32,000 nucleotides of DNA from an uncultured Ruminococcus sp. (lineage in GTDB: Bacteria > Bacillota > Clostridia > Oscillospirales > Ruminococcaceae), in the NCBI GenBank assembly GCA_910579955.1, contig CAJTWE010000002.1, positions 71,554-103,553 on the forward strand. Reading direction: 5' to 3'. Both the position numbers and the translations under genes were made by a program. The notes beneath the pieces are model-generated. The model did no database searches. It worked only from the letters and a program-made list of their open reading frames with translations, and was not told the DNA's origin. The stretch's first letter is position 1, and each line of letters begins with the position of its first letter. Below are positions 1 to 8,651 of this stretch, one piece after another.

Positions 1-216
1 ATAATTCTTGCAATAATATTGTTATTCCCATTAAAGATTGAGCTTAAAGATGGCGGCACTAAAGAATACGTTGCTGTATTATATTCTGTAACACATAAAC
101 ATTCTTTAGACAGTAAAGATGGAGTTAGCGGTTATTCTATAGGAACTATTGTCAGAGTATTATTTTTTGAAATATATAATGATGTGACATTCTTTGCCCG
201 TGAAGATAGTCAATAA
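1..216 (+). CDS. 3' end of a hypothetical protein; the ORF is open from the window edge
   Basis: Frame 1 is open from base 1 to the stop at 214-216. No recognisable motif. The ORF-track ATG at 19 is probably internal. Confidence 0.35.
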   Translation: MILAIILLFPLKIELKDGGTKEYVAVLYSVTHKHSLDSKDGVSGYSIGTIVRVLFFEIYNDVTFFAREDSQ

Positions 217-252
217 TATTAATTACTATAAAAACACAATGGAGAAAAACTT

Positions 253-573
253 ATGTCAACAACTAAGGAATATCTAATGTATATTTTAGAACAACTTTCT
301 GATCTCGAAGAAATTACATACAGAATGATGATGGGGGAGTATATAATCTATTATCGTAAAAAAATTGTAGGTGGTATTTACGATAACAGATTTCTTATAA
401 AACCTGTAGAGGCTGCTGTACAGCTCATGCCAGAGGCTTCATATGAAATTCCATATAAGGGAGCAAAGCCCATGCTCATGGTAAGCGATGATTATGATAA
501 AAGTTTTATGAAAAAGCTTCTGACCTCAATGTATGATGAACTTCCTGCTCCTAAAGCTAAGAAGAAAAAATAG
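253..573 (+). CDS. TfoX/Sxy N-terminal-domain family protein (106 aa, single domain)
   Basis: The N-terminus (YILEQLS ... YRMMMGEY.IYY..K.VGGIYDN.FLIK) resembles the TfoX N-terminal domain. GGAG RBS lies 8 nt upstream of the ATG. The C-terminal tail is Lys-rich. Confidence 0.7.
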   Translation: MSTTKEYLMYILEQLSDLEEITYRMMMGEYIIYYRKKIVGGIYDNRFLIKPVEAAVQLMPEASYEIPYKGAKPMLMVSDDYDKSFMKKLLTSMYDELPAPKAKKKK

Positions 574-580
574 AAAGAAA

Positions 581-615
581 AATCGTCTGCTGAAATTCGG
601 CAGACGATTTTTGGT
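581..615. terminator. Bidirectional rho-independent terminator shared by the tfoX-like gene and pheT
   Basis: Perfect 10-bp stem AATCGTCTGC(581-590)/GCAGACGATT(600-609), flanked by an A-run upstream and a T-run downstream, between convergent genes. Confidence 0.7.
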
Positions 616-641
616 TTTATATGAAATTAGGGTAAATCAAA

Positions 642-3035
642 TTATTCTCTAAGTGAAGCACCGAGATCTTTCAGCGCTTTCAGTACACGCTTCATAGCAG
701 CATCAGCCTGCTCATCAGTAAGTGTACCTTCATGCGAACGCATGCTTATTGAGAATGATACACTCTTCATTCCCTCAGCAATTTGCTTACCCTTGTAAAC
801 GTCAAAAAGTGTAACCTTTTCAAGGATCTTTCCTACAGCATTTTTGATAGCCTTTTCCATAGTTCCTACGGGAAGAGCATCTTCACAAAGAAGAGACAGG
901 TCTCTTGTAATTGCAGGGAATTTAGGGCTTGGCTGATAAGTTATTTCAGTTACAGACAGCGGCATCATTTCATTAACATTCAGCTTAGCAACATAAACTC
1001 TTGTGCCAAAGCCGTATGTTTCCTGTACAGATGGATGAATCTCTCCTATATAACCGATAGCAGTATCACCGCAGAGAATAACAGCACTTCTACCAGGATG
1101 TAATGCACATGTTTCTTCAAATGCAGCATTTTCAGAACAGCGTACATATTCGCAGTCCTTTATACCGATCTCAGACAGCAATGCATCAATTGTACCCTTC
1201 ATATCAAAGAAGTCGATATCATCACCATACATACCAACAGTCAGACGATTAGGCTCATTCGGCAGCTTACCCTCTTCAGTTGGAATATATTCCTTGCCAA
1301 GCTCAAAAAGCTTAACCTTACTATTACGATTTTTATAATTTCCTGCGAGAATATCAATCATAGAAGGTAAAGTTGTTGTTCTCATAATGCTTGTATCTTC
1401 TCCGAGAGGATTCATAATTGTAATTGTATTGCGCAGCTTACTGTCTGCCGGAAGTTCTATTCTGTCAAAACACTTAGGTGATGTAAATGAATATGTGAGT
1501 ATACCATAGCATCCCAAAGACACCATTGTATTTTCAATAGTTCTCAGGTACTTCTGTTCAGGAGTCAGTGACGCATTTGCTGCACCGGTGAGTACTGTTG
1601 ACGGAATGTTGTTATAACCATAAATACGTGCAACTTCCTCGGCAATATCAGCTGGACGTTCAAGGTCAATACGGAAGCTTGGGGAGATGCATTTTCCGTC
1701 CTTGACTTCAATATCAAGACCATTAAGAATATTTATCATATCTTCCTCAGAAATATCAGTACCAAGGAAACCATTTATCCATGCAGGATCAAATTCGATC
1801 TCATTTCTAAGCTTTATATTCTTAACCACATCAATATGTGTTGTTACAGGTTCACCAGCACCAAGTTCTTCAACAAGCTGGAGTGCACGAGTAAGAGAAC
1901 GCAGGCAGCCCTCAGCATCAAGACCCTTTTCATAGCGTGCAGAAGCATCTGTTCTCATACCGAGCTTCTTAGCTGTGCGGCGTACCTGTACAGGTTCAAA
2001 GTATGCAGATTCAAATACAACAGTTGTAGTATCATCCATGATACCGCTATACTCACCACCCATAACTCCGGCAACAGCAATAGGCTTTTCAGTATCTGCA
2101 ATGACCAGCATTTCAGGAGAAAGCTTTCTTACCTGATCGTCAAGTGTAGTGATCTCTTCACCATCTTTAGCATTTCTTACAATAATGTGAGAATCCTTTA
2201 CATAGCGAAGATCAAAAGCATGCATTGGCTGACCATATTCGAGCATTACATAATTTGTAATATCTACAAGATTATTTATAGGACGAACGCCACTTGCACG
2301 GAGACGTTCACGCATCCATCGTGGTGATGGGCCAATCTTTACATTTTTAACAATGCCTGCTGCATATCTAGGACAAAGAGTTTCATTTTCTATATCCACT
2401 TTGAGGTAATTGTTGATATCATCTTCAATTCCCTTGAAAGAAGGTTCTTCCAAACAAAGCTTAGTATTAAATGTTACAGCAGCTTCTCTTGCCAGACCTA
2501 CAACAGACAGACAATCTGGACGATTTGAAGTGATTTCAAATTCAACAGAAGTATCGTTAAGACCAATGGCTTCGTGTACATCCTGACCGATCTCGCAGTC
2601 TTCTTGAATAAGGAAAATTCCATCAGCAATTGCATATGGAAAATCATGTGTAGTAAGGCCGAGTTCACCAAGAGAACAAAGCATACCGCAGCTTTCAACA
2701 CCTCTGAGTTTGCCCTTTTTGATTTTTATTCCGCCTGGCAGTTCAGCGCCTACTAAAGCAACAGGAACAATATCACCTGCGCTTACATTTGGAGCACCTG
2801 TTACGATCTGTATAGGTTCGCCCTGACCAACATCTACCTGACAAACAACCAAGTGATCTGAATTTTCATGTGGTACAACAGATAAAAGTTTGCCTACAAC
2901 AACGTTTTTTACTTCGCTTCCTTCTGTTTCATAACATTCAACCTTAGAGCCACTCATAGTCATTCCTGAGCAAAACTCAGCAACTGGTATATCTTTTTTT
3001 ATATAATCAGAAAGCCATTTCATTGATAAATTCAT
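642..3035 (-). CDS. pheT: Phenylalanine--tRNA ligase beta subunit
   Basis: 797 aa with the typical PheT N-terminus (MKWLSDY, tRNA-binding OB fold) and B3/4, B5 and FDX-ACB regions. It sits immediately downstream of pheS and has an AGGAGA RBS. Confidence 0.97.
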   Translation of the reverse strand: MNLSMKWLSDYIKKDIPVAEFCSGMTMSGSKVECYETEGSEVKNVVVGKLLSVVPHENSDHLVVCQVDVGQGEPIQIVTGAPNVSAGDIVPVALVGAELPGGIKIKKGKLRGVESCGMLCSLGELGLTTHDFPYAIADGIFLIQEDCEIGQDVHEAIGLNDTSVEFEITSNRPDCLSVVGLAREAAVTFNTKLCLEEPSFKGIEDDINNYLKVDIENETLCPRYAAGIVKNVKIGPSPRWMRERLRASGVRPINNLVDITNYVMLEYGQPMHAFDLRYVKDSHIIVRNAKDGEEITTLDDQVRKLSPEMLVIADTEKPIAVAGVMGGEYSGIMDDTTTVVFESAYFEPVQVRRTAKKLGMRTDASARYEKGLDAEGCLRSLTRALQLVEELGAGEPVTTHIDVVKNIKLRNEIEFDPAWINGFLGTDISEEDMINILNGLDIEVKDGKCISPSFRIDLERPADIAEEVARIYGYNNIPSTVLTGAANASLTPEQKYLRTIENTMVSLGCYGILTYSFTSPKCFDRIELPADSKLRNTITIMNPLGEDTSIMRTTTLPSMIDILAGNYKNRNSKVKLFELGKEYIPTEEGKLPNEPNRLTVGMYGDDIDFFDMKGTIDALLSEIGIKDCEYVRCSENAAFEETCALHPGRSAVILCGDTAIGYIGEIHPSVQETYGFGTRVYVAKLNVNEMMPLSVTEITYQPSPKFPAITRDLSLLCEDALPVGTMEKAIKNAVGKILEKVTLFDVYKGKQIAEGMKSVSFSISMRSHEGTLTDEQADAAMKRVLKALKDLGASLRE

Positions 3036-3059
3036 TGTCTTTTTCTCCTTTCCGTTTTA

Positions 3060-4091
3060 TCAGAACTGTTCGAGGAAACGGTAATCGTTTTCAAACAGAA
3101 GACGCATATCACTTATATTATAACGGCGCATAACAACTCTTTCAAGACCTAAGCCAAAAGCAAAGCCTGAATATACGCTGCTGTCAATGCCACAGCCTTC
3201 CAGAACCTTTGGATGAACCATGCCTGCACCTAGTAACTCAATAAAGCCCTCATTCTTGCAAACACGGCAGCCCTTACCATGACAGTTAAAGCACATAACA
3301 TCAACCTCGGCGCTTGGTTCAGTGAAAGGGAAGTGGTGAGGTCTCAGACGAATAGTACATTCTTCACCATAAAGACGCTTCATAAGCATTTCAAGTGTAC
3401 CCTTCAAATCAGCCATTGTGATTCCTTTATCTACAACAAGTCCCTCGATCTGATGGAAAAGGGGTGAATGTGTAGCGTCAACAGCATCAGAACGGAATAC
3501 ACGGCCCGGAGAAATTACACGGATAGGAGGCTTTTTATTTTCCATAACGTGTACTTGTACGGAAGATGTCTGGGTACGCAGCAGAATGTTATCTGTAATA
3601 TAAAACGTATCCTGAGTATCTCTTGCAGGATGATCCGGCGGAAGATTAAGAGCTTCAAAGTTATAGTAATCATATTCAACTTCCGGGCCATCTGCAATTT
3701 CAAATCCCATACCTAAGAAAATTTCCTTTATTTCATTTTCTACGATAGAAAGCGGGTGCAGACTTCCTACAGACTGCTTTTTACCTGGTAATGTAACATC
3801 TATGGTTTCAGATTCAAGCCTTGCCTGTGTTTCAAGCTTTACAATTTCAGCCTGCTTTTCAGCTATAGCACTTTCAATTGCACTGCGAACATCATTTGCA
3901 AGTTGACCCATAATAGGTCTTTCTTCCGCACTGAGTTTACCCATCTGCTTGAGGATTGCAGTCAACGCACCTTTTTTTCCGAGATATTTTACACGGAGAG
4001 CATCAAGAGCCTTGGCATCCTTCACAGATGCAAGTTCAGTGGCAGCTTCTGAGCGTATCGCTTCCAATTGTTCTTTCATGTTATCAATCAT
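3060..4091 (-). CDS. pheS: Phenylalanine--tRNA ligase alpha subunit
   Basis: 343 aa with class II motifs (HPARD, FRSD..D.TH.P.FHQ.EG, GFAFG.G.ER). The ATG at 4091 sits directly against the AAAGGA RBS, so the in-frame ATG at 4079 (MKEQLE...) may be the true start. Confidence 0.96.
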   Translation of the reverse strand: MIDNMKEQLEAIRSEAATELASVKDAKALDALRVKYLGKKGALTAILKQMGKLSAEERPIMGQLANDVRSAIESAIAEKQAEIVKLETQARLESETIDVTLPGKKQSVGSLHPLSIVENEIKEIFLGMGFEIADGPEVEYDYYNFEALNLPPDHPARDTQDTFYITDNILLRTQTSSVQVHVMENKKPPIRVISPGRVFRSDAVDATHSPLFHQIEGLVVDKGITMADLKGTLEMLMKRLYGEECTIRLRPHHFPFTEPSAEVDVMCFNCHGKGCRVCKNEGFIELLGAGMVHPKVLEGCGIDSSVYSGFAFGLGLERVVMRRYNISDMRLLFENDYRFLEQF

Positions 4092-4378
4092 CCTTTCACG
4101 CGGAATAACCGCATAATATTAAAAGCCGTCAGGAAACGGTATAAAAAAAGCCTTGTCCCGAAAACAGGACAAGACACAACTTGCAAAACCACCCATTTCC
4201 CAAGAGCCATCACTCTCTTGTCTTTAACGCAGACATAACGTCTAAGCCTACAGCAAAAAGTTTCAGCAAAGCCACTCAGAAGTGAACTTCAAAATCAATG
4301 CAAACAGCACATTTTCAGCCATGATGTGCTTCTCTGAAGATTACATTTTGATTTTTACTCTCTTCGTCACAGTGTTAT
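4092..4378 (-). promoter_or_regulatory. T-box riboswitch leader, Phe-specific (specifier UUC)
   Basis: Read on the minus strand: GA/AGAGA elements near the 5' end and a candidate specifier UUC-A (4286-4284). The T-box sequence AAAUGGGUGGUUUUGCAAG (about 4180-4198) is followed by terminator CUUGUCC-loop-GGACAAG plus a U7 run (about 4143-4173). It lies directly upstream of pheS. Confidence 0.85.
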
Positions 4379-4384
4379 ATTAGT

Positions 4385-4413
4385 ATTATAGTAAATTTCT
4401 AAAAAAAAATCAA
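4385..4413 (-). promoter_or_regulatory. Sigma-A type promoter for the pheST T-box leader
   Basis: Minus strand TTGATT (4413-4408), 17-nt spacer, TATAAT (4390-4385). Confidence 0.6.
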
Positions 4414-4421
4414 GTCCTTTC

Positions 4422-4450
4422 TTGAAATTTAACAAAATGTGTGATAAAAT
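4422..4450 (+). promoter_or_regulatory. Sigma-A type promoter for the 4495 membrane-protein operon
   Basis: TTGAAA (4422-4427), 17-nt spacer, TG-extended TAAAAT (4445-4450). It is back-to-back with the pheS promoter. Confidence 0.6.
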
Positions 4451-4494
4451 AATAATATAAATAATTTCAACTGACTTAAAAGGAGATTTTTAAC

Positions 4495-5013
4495 ATGACA
4501 GATCGTTTTACAGAATGCCTTGTAAAAAAGACACCAGATTCAAATGATAATTTAAAAAAGATTTTAATTATCATTGCAGTAATTGCTATTACTGCAATTA
4601 CCGCTTTTCTAGCGTTCACTACCGGCTTGTATCTTATACTTATAATTACAATGGCTGTTATCTATGGCTCTTATTACCTTTTCAAAGGTATATGTGTTGA
4701 ATACGAATATACATTTACTAACGGTGAAATTGACGTTGACAAAATTACAGGACAAAGCAAAAGGCAGCATCTTGTTACACTGAATTCTAAAGAAATCGAA
4801 GATTTCGGCGAGGTTAATGCAGACACACCTGAAAGACCTGATATTACTCTCTTTCTTTGCAGCGACAATACAGGAATAGGGGAGTATTATGTAGACTTTA
4901 CAACAGAGGAATATGGAGAAGCCAGACTTATCTTCACACCAAGTGACAAAATGGTTTCATATATTGAAGAAGCTCTTCCTCCAATACTAAAATATAAAAA
5001 ACGAAACATTTAA
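4495..5013 (+). CDS. Hypothetical membrane protein with two predicted TM helices and a soluble C-terminal domain (possibly a DUF6106-like family)
   Basis: AAGGAG RBS. Hydrophobic stretch ILIIIAVIAITAITAFLAFTTGLYLILIITMAVIYG, then a charged domain (EYEYTFTNGEIDVDKI). The family assignment is from memory only. Confidence 0.7.
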   Translation: MTDRFTECLVKKTPDSNDNLKKILIIIAVIAITAITAFLAFTTGLYLILIITMAVIYGSYYLFKGICVEYEYTFTNGEIDVDKITGQSKRQHLVTLNSKEIEDFGEVNADTPERPDITLFLCSDNTGIGEYYVDFTTEEYGEARLIFTPSDKMVSYIEEALPPILKYKKRNI

Positions 5014-5026
5014 TGGGGGAAATAAC

Positions 5027-5302
5027 GTGATAAAATGGCTTATTATTTATGTTTTAATAATAAATATAATAGCATTTGCCGCAATGCAAATTGATAAAAG
5101 TCGTGCTAAAAAACACAAATGGCGTATACCTGAAAAAACACTTTTTATATTTGTACTTTTAGGCGGCGGAATAGGCGGAACTATAGGTATGTACATTTTC
5201 CGCCATAAAACTAAGCACTGGTATTTTGTCATAGGATTTCCATTGATTACTATTATAGAATATGCAGGAATAATTATTCTTTATTTAAGTATGACGCCTT
5301 AA
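5027..5302 (+). CDS. DUF1294 domain membrane protein
   Basis: GTG start 6 nt after a GGGGGA RBS. Shows the characteristic D(K)xRAKKxxWRIPE...GG.IGG..GM..FRHKT.H motif. Confidence 0.8.
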   Translation: MIKWLIIYVLIINIIAFAAMQIDKSRAKKHKWRIPEKTLFIFVLLGGGIGGTIGMYIFRHKTKHWYFVIGFPLITIIEYAGIIILYLSMTP

Positions 5303-5381
5303 AAATTTGTTTGATATTTATAATTTTTACATTGCATTATTGTAATAAATCACAGAATTAGTTTTAAGTTGCAAAAATTAC

Positions 5382-5410
5382 TGTACAAAAAAATCAGAAT
5401 TTGGTATAAT
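5382..5410 (+). promoter_or_regulatory. Candidate promoter for the GH25-sortase operon
   Basis: TGTACA (5382-5387), 17-nt spacer, TG-extended TATAAT (5405-5410). The -35 element is weak. Confidence 0.45.
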
Positions 5411-5444
5411 ATATGTACTTATAACTATGAATGGAGATTATTTT

Positions 5445-6749
5445 ATGATAATAAAACTCAAACAAGGAATATGTTTGCTGACAAGCTGGGTTCTTGCAAC
5501 ATCTGTTGCTTCTTATTCTGTTCATGCAGAAGATTTTACTGAAATCGACCTGCAAGAACAGAGTGCTACAGAAGAGATTATTACAATATCAGAAGATGAC
5601 GCTGTACAAGATGATGAAAACTGGTTGTCCGTTGCTACTGAGGTTATTAAATACTATGCTGATGATATTGCAGGTTTTAATCCATCTATAACTGAAAGCA
5701 ATCGTGTTTTTTATGATGTGATTCAAGATGGAAATATAAACATAGCTGATGCAACATATTTCTTAACTATTTACGCAACACTTTCCGCAGGTCTTGAATT
5801 TGAGGGATACATACCAAGTAGAGATAATACAGTAGTTACTACTACTAGCAGTAGTAACACCGAAGAAACGACTTTCACTACAATATCTTACACTACATCT
5901 TTGCCGCCAACTACTACAACAATAACAGATACGGCTACCAGTCTGTTAACCACATCAACATCAATATCAACACCAACTGCCACAACAACTCAAAAGTCAA
6001 CCTCTTCAAAAACAACTACTTCTATTTCCAAAACTACAGCCTCTGTTACAACTACTTCAAAAAGCAGTACAAAACCTACAACAACAACTACCACTACTAT
6101 AACAACTACTACAGTTTCTACACGTCCTCCAATGTCTTACGGAATTGATGTATCTGTCTATCAGGGAAAAGTAGACTGGAAATCTGTAAAAGAAAGTGGC
6201 GTAGACTTTGCAATTATTCGTGCTGGTTACGGAAAACATGCAAATCAGGAAGACAGGTATTTTGATACAAACATGGAAGCTGCCAAGAAATTGGGTATAA
6301 ACTGTGGTGCATACTGGTTCAGCTATGCTACAACTCCGGAAGATGCTGAAAAAGAAGCAGATGCATTTTATGAGGTTATAAAAGGCTACAAATTTGAATA
6401 TCCGATATTTTTCGACTATGAAACAAGTGCTCAGAACGCACTAAAGCCATCAGAAAGTACTGCAATTATTCATGCATTCTGTAAGCGTATGGAATCTTAC
6501 GGATATTATGTTTCCCTGTGCAGTTATGTAGGATTTCTCAATTATAAAATTGAATCAGAAATTTTCGATCGTTACGATATGTGGATAGCACATTATGATG
6601 TACAAGTACCGTGGTTCTCACGAAATTACGGAATATGGCAATATTCATGTACAGGAAAAGTTCCGGGAATTGATACAGATGTTGACTTGAACTATGCATA
6701 CTATGACTATCCGACTATTATGAGCGAGTGTAATCTGAATGGATTTTAA
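5445..6749 (+). CDS. Secreted GH25 family muramidase (lysozyme) with a signal peptide, a dockerin-like Ca-loop motif and a long Thr/Ser-rich linker
   Basis: The C-terminal domain has GH25 hallmarks (GIDVS.YQG.VDW..VK..GV.FAIIR.GYG, D..F..N...A...G...G.YWF, FFDYE). The signal peptide ends at VHA-ED. The ORF track starts at 5427, but the ATG at 5445 has a GGAGA RBS at 7-nt spacing. Confidence 0.9.
   Translation: MIIKLKQGICLLTSWVLATSVASYSVHAEDFTEIDLQEQSATEEIITISEDDAVQDDENWLSVATEVIKYYADDIAGFNPSITESNRVFYDVIQDGNINIADATYFLTIYATLSAGLEFEGYIPSRDNTVVTTTSSSNTEETTFTTISYTTSLPPTTTTITDTATSLLTTSTSISTPTATTTQKSTSSKTTTSISKTTASVTTTSKSSTKPTTTTTTTITTTTVSTRPPMSYGIDVSVYQGKVDWKSVKESGVDFAIIRAGYGKHANQEDRYFDTNMEAAKKLGINCGAYWFSYATTPEDAEKEADAFYEVIKGYKFEYPIFFDYETSAQNALKPSESTAIIHAFCKRMESYGYYVSLCSYVGFLNYKIESEIFDRYDMWIAHYDVQVPWFSRNYGIWQYSCTGKVPGIDTDVDLNYAYYDYPTIMSECNLNGF
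5826..6131 (+). repeat. Low-complexity Thr/Ser/Pro-rich linker coding region (about 100 codons) inside the GH25 gene
   Basis: Translated residues about 134-235 are roughly 70% T/S (TTTSSSNTEETTFTT...KPTTTTTTTITTTTVSTRPP), encoded by iterated ACT/ACA/ACC codons. Confidence 0.9.
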
Positions 6750-6764
6750 AGTGGGAGGAAAATA

Positions 6765-7616
6765 ATGAAACAAGAATCTAAAAGCAAAAAAATAGGTAAA
6801 GCTTTTTTGTTTTTGCTTTTTCTTATAATTGCAGCAATTGCTATAATTGCAATTATTTTATCAAAGCAATGTGGTGGAAGCAATGAAATAAAGCAAAATT
6901 ATATAGAGATACCTACAACGGAATCAACTACATCTACAACCACTATAACTACTACAACTTCCACTACCACAACTACTACAACAACTGAAGTTAAAATTGA
7001 TTATGAAATGCAAATAGATATGGACGATATAGCTGAACATAAAGCTGTAAATCCAGATGTTATAGGTTGGATATATATTAAAGATACTATTATTGACTAT
7101 CCCATTTTGCAAAGTGTTGACAATAATAAATATATCCACGCAGACTGGACAGGAAGCAGTTCATTTGCCGGCTGTATTTATGAAGATTACAGGGGAGATA
7201 TCGACGATACAAACCTAACATTGCTCTATGGCCATAATATGGCTGCGGGTACTATGTTTAGTGCAATAAAAAATTACATAAACAACGAAGAATGGGGAAA
7301 AGAACACAAATATATAGAAATAGCTTCGGAAGAGAAGCGATATTTATATGAAGTTATATCGGTTAACATACTGTACGGTGAAGAAGGTGCAGATTTCGGT
7401 TACTGGATGCCTTCTCAGCCAACTACACTAAATCTTAAAAAATCCGATTTCGAAAAATATATCAGCAATGTAAAGTCAACTGCTAATATACTCTATTGCA
7501 AGAAAAATAAATTTCCCAAATATGGTGATCATATTATAGGACTGCAAACTTGTAATTCAGGAAATAACGATGGCATGCGCTGCGTTGTTTTTGCTAAATG
7601 TTTAGGTGAAAGATAA
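6765..7616 (+). CDS. srtB: Class B sortase (SrtB-like) with an N-terminal TM anchor and a poly-Thr stalk
   Basis: Motifs V.GWI.I.DT.IDYP..Q..DN..Y, catalytic His in LLYGHNM..GTMF, catalytic Cys in GLQTCN, and a distal Arg (MRCVVFA). GGAGG RBS lies 15 nt after the GH25 stop. Confidence 0.88.
   Translation: MKQESKSKKIGKAFLFLLFLIIAAIAIIAIILSKQCGGSNEIKQNYIEIPTTESTTSTTTITTTTSTTTTTTTTEVKIDYEMQIDMDDIAEHKAVNPDVIGWIYIKDTIIDYPILQSVDNNKYIHADWTGSSSFAGCIYEDYRGDIDDTNLTLLYGHNMAAGTMFSAIKNYINNEEWGKEHKYIEIASEEKRYLYEVISVNILYGEEGADFGYWMPSQPTTLNLKKSDFEKYISNVKSTANILYCKKNKFPKYGDHIIGLQTCNSGNNDGMRCVVFAKCLGER
6915..6986 (+). repeat. Poly-Thr stalk coding region within the sortase gene
   Basis: Residues 51-74 read TTESTTSTTTITTTTSTTTTTTTT, between the TM helix and the catalytic domain. 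Confidence 0.9.
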
Positions 7617-7626
7617 AATCGCATCA

Positions 7627-7662
7627 AAGGAACGCCCATATAAACATATGAGCGTTCTTTTT
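7627..7662 (+). terminator. Rho-independent terminator after the sortase gene
   Basis: Hairpin GAACGC-C-CATAT/ATATG-A-GCGTTC followed by TTTTT. Confidence 0.65.
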
Positions 7663-7690
7663 ACAATTTCTACAATAGGAGAGTACGTAT

Positions 7691-8617
7691 ATGACAATTA
7701 ATAGCAAAATTGAAACAATTACCTTTTCTAAAATATGCAGCTTTTTTCCAAAAAGAAAGATTGATTCCCATAAAGGAAATTTCGGAAAACTTTTATGTAT
7801 AACAGGCAGTCAGCGTATGCCCGGTGCAGCTGCAATGTCATCATATGCAGCATTGAGAAGTGGGGTAGGATTACTTACAACTGCTACAGCAGAACAGAAT
7901 ATTAGCTCACTTTCTTCACAATGTTTTGAATCAATGTATTTGCCGCTCAAAACAGATCTTGACGGATTTATAACATGGAATAAAAATGAAGAACTTATAA
8001 AAAATGCCGTTGACAAGTCAGATGCTATACTTCTTGGATGCGGACTTGGAATTACCGAAGAAACTATTCTTCTGACAAAAAATATTATAAAAAATACAAG
8101 ATGTCCTCTCATTCTTGATGCAGATGGTCTAAACGCTATAGCTGACAGCATAAATATTATTTCAGAAAGAGAAAATCCTATTATCCTAACACCTCATCCA
8201 GGAGAAATGGCACGCCTTTTAAAAATCAGTATACAGGAGGTACAAAATAATAGAACGAAAGTTATTCATGATACAATGAAACTTTTACCTAAAGCAATTA
8301 TAGTTTTAAAAGGACATGAAACACTTGTTGGATATAATGGCAGCATTTATAAAAATCCAACAGGAAATCCTGGAATGAGCCGAGGAGGAAGTGGAGATGT
8401 TCTTGCTGGAATGATAGCAGCTTTTACGGCTCAAAGATTATCACCTGTAGAAGCTGCGCTGGCCGGTGTGTATATTCATGGAATGGCTGGAGATATTGCT
8501 GCTCAAATATACAGTCAATCCGCCATGCTGCCACGTGATATAATAGAATGCATTCCTAAAGTATTTCTTAAAATTGAGGACAACCGACAAATAAATGACG
8601 TTAAATCAGCATTTTAA
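7691..8617 (+). CDS. nnrD: ADP-dependent NAD(P)H-hydrate dehydratase (YjeF C-terminal domain only)
   Basis: Motifs HKG.FG.L..I.GS....GAA.....AALR.G.GL and GGSGDVLAG.IA. AGGAGAG RBS. Confidence 0.88.
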   Translation: MTINSKIETITFSKICSFFPKRKIDSHKGNFGKLLCITGSQRMPGAAAMSSYAALRSGVGLLTTATAEQNISSLSSQCFESMYLPLKTDLDGFITWNKNEELIKNAVDKSDAILLGCGLGITEETILLTKNIIKNTRCPLILDADGLNAIADSINIISERENPIILTPHPGEMARLLKISIQEVQNNRTKVIHDTMKLLPKAIIVLKGHETLVGYNGSIYKNPTGNPGMSRGGSGDVLAGMIAAFTAQRLSPVEAALAGVYIHGMAGDIAAQIYSQSAMLPRDIIECIPKVFLKIEDNRQINDVKSAF

Positions 8618-8651
8618 GCATTAATATTGACATTATAAAAGGAGATTTGAT

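Noticed and set aside
783-2756. Plus- and minus-strand ORFs of 60-163 aa inside pheT (783-1103, 1687-1935, 1836-2327, 2498-2701, 2574-2756).
   Set aside because: They are antisense or out of frame to a clearly real, conserved gene. Their translations are low-complexity (rich in C, F, S, I), with no RBS and no motifs.
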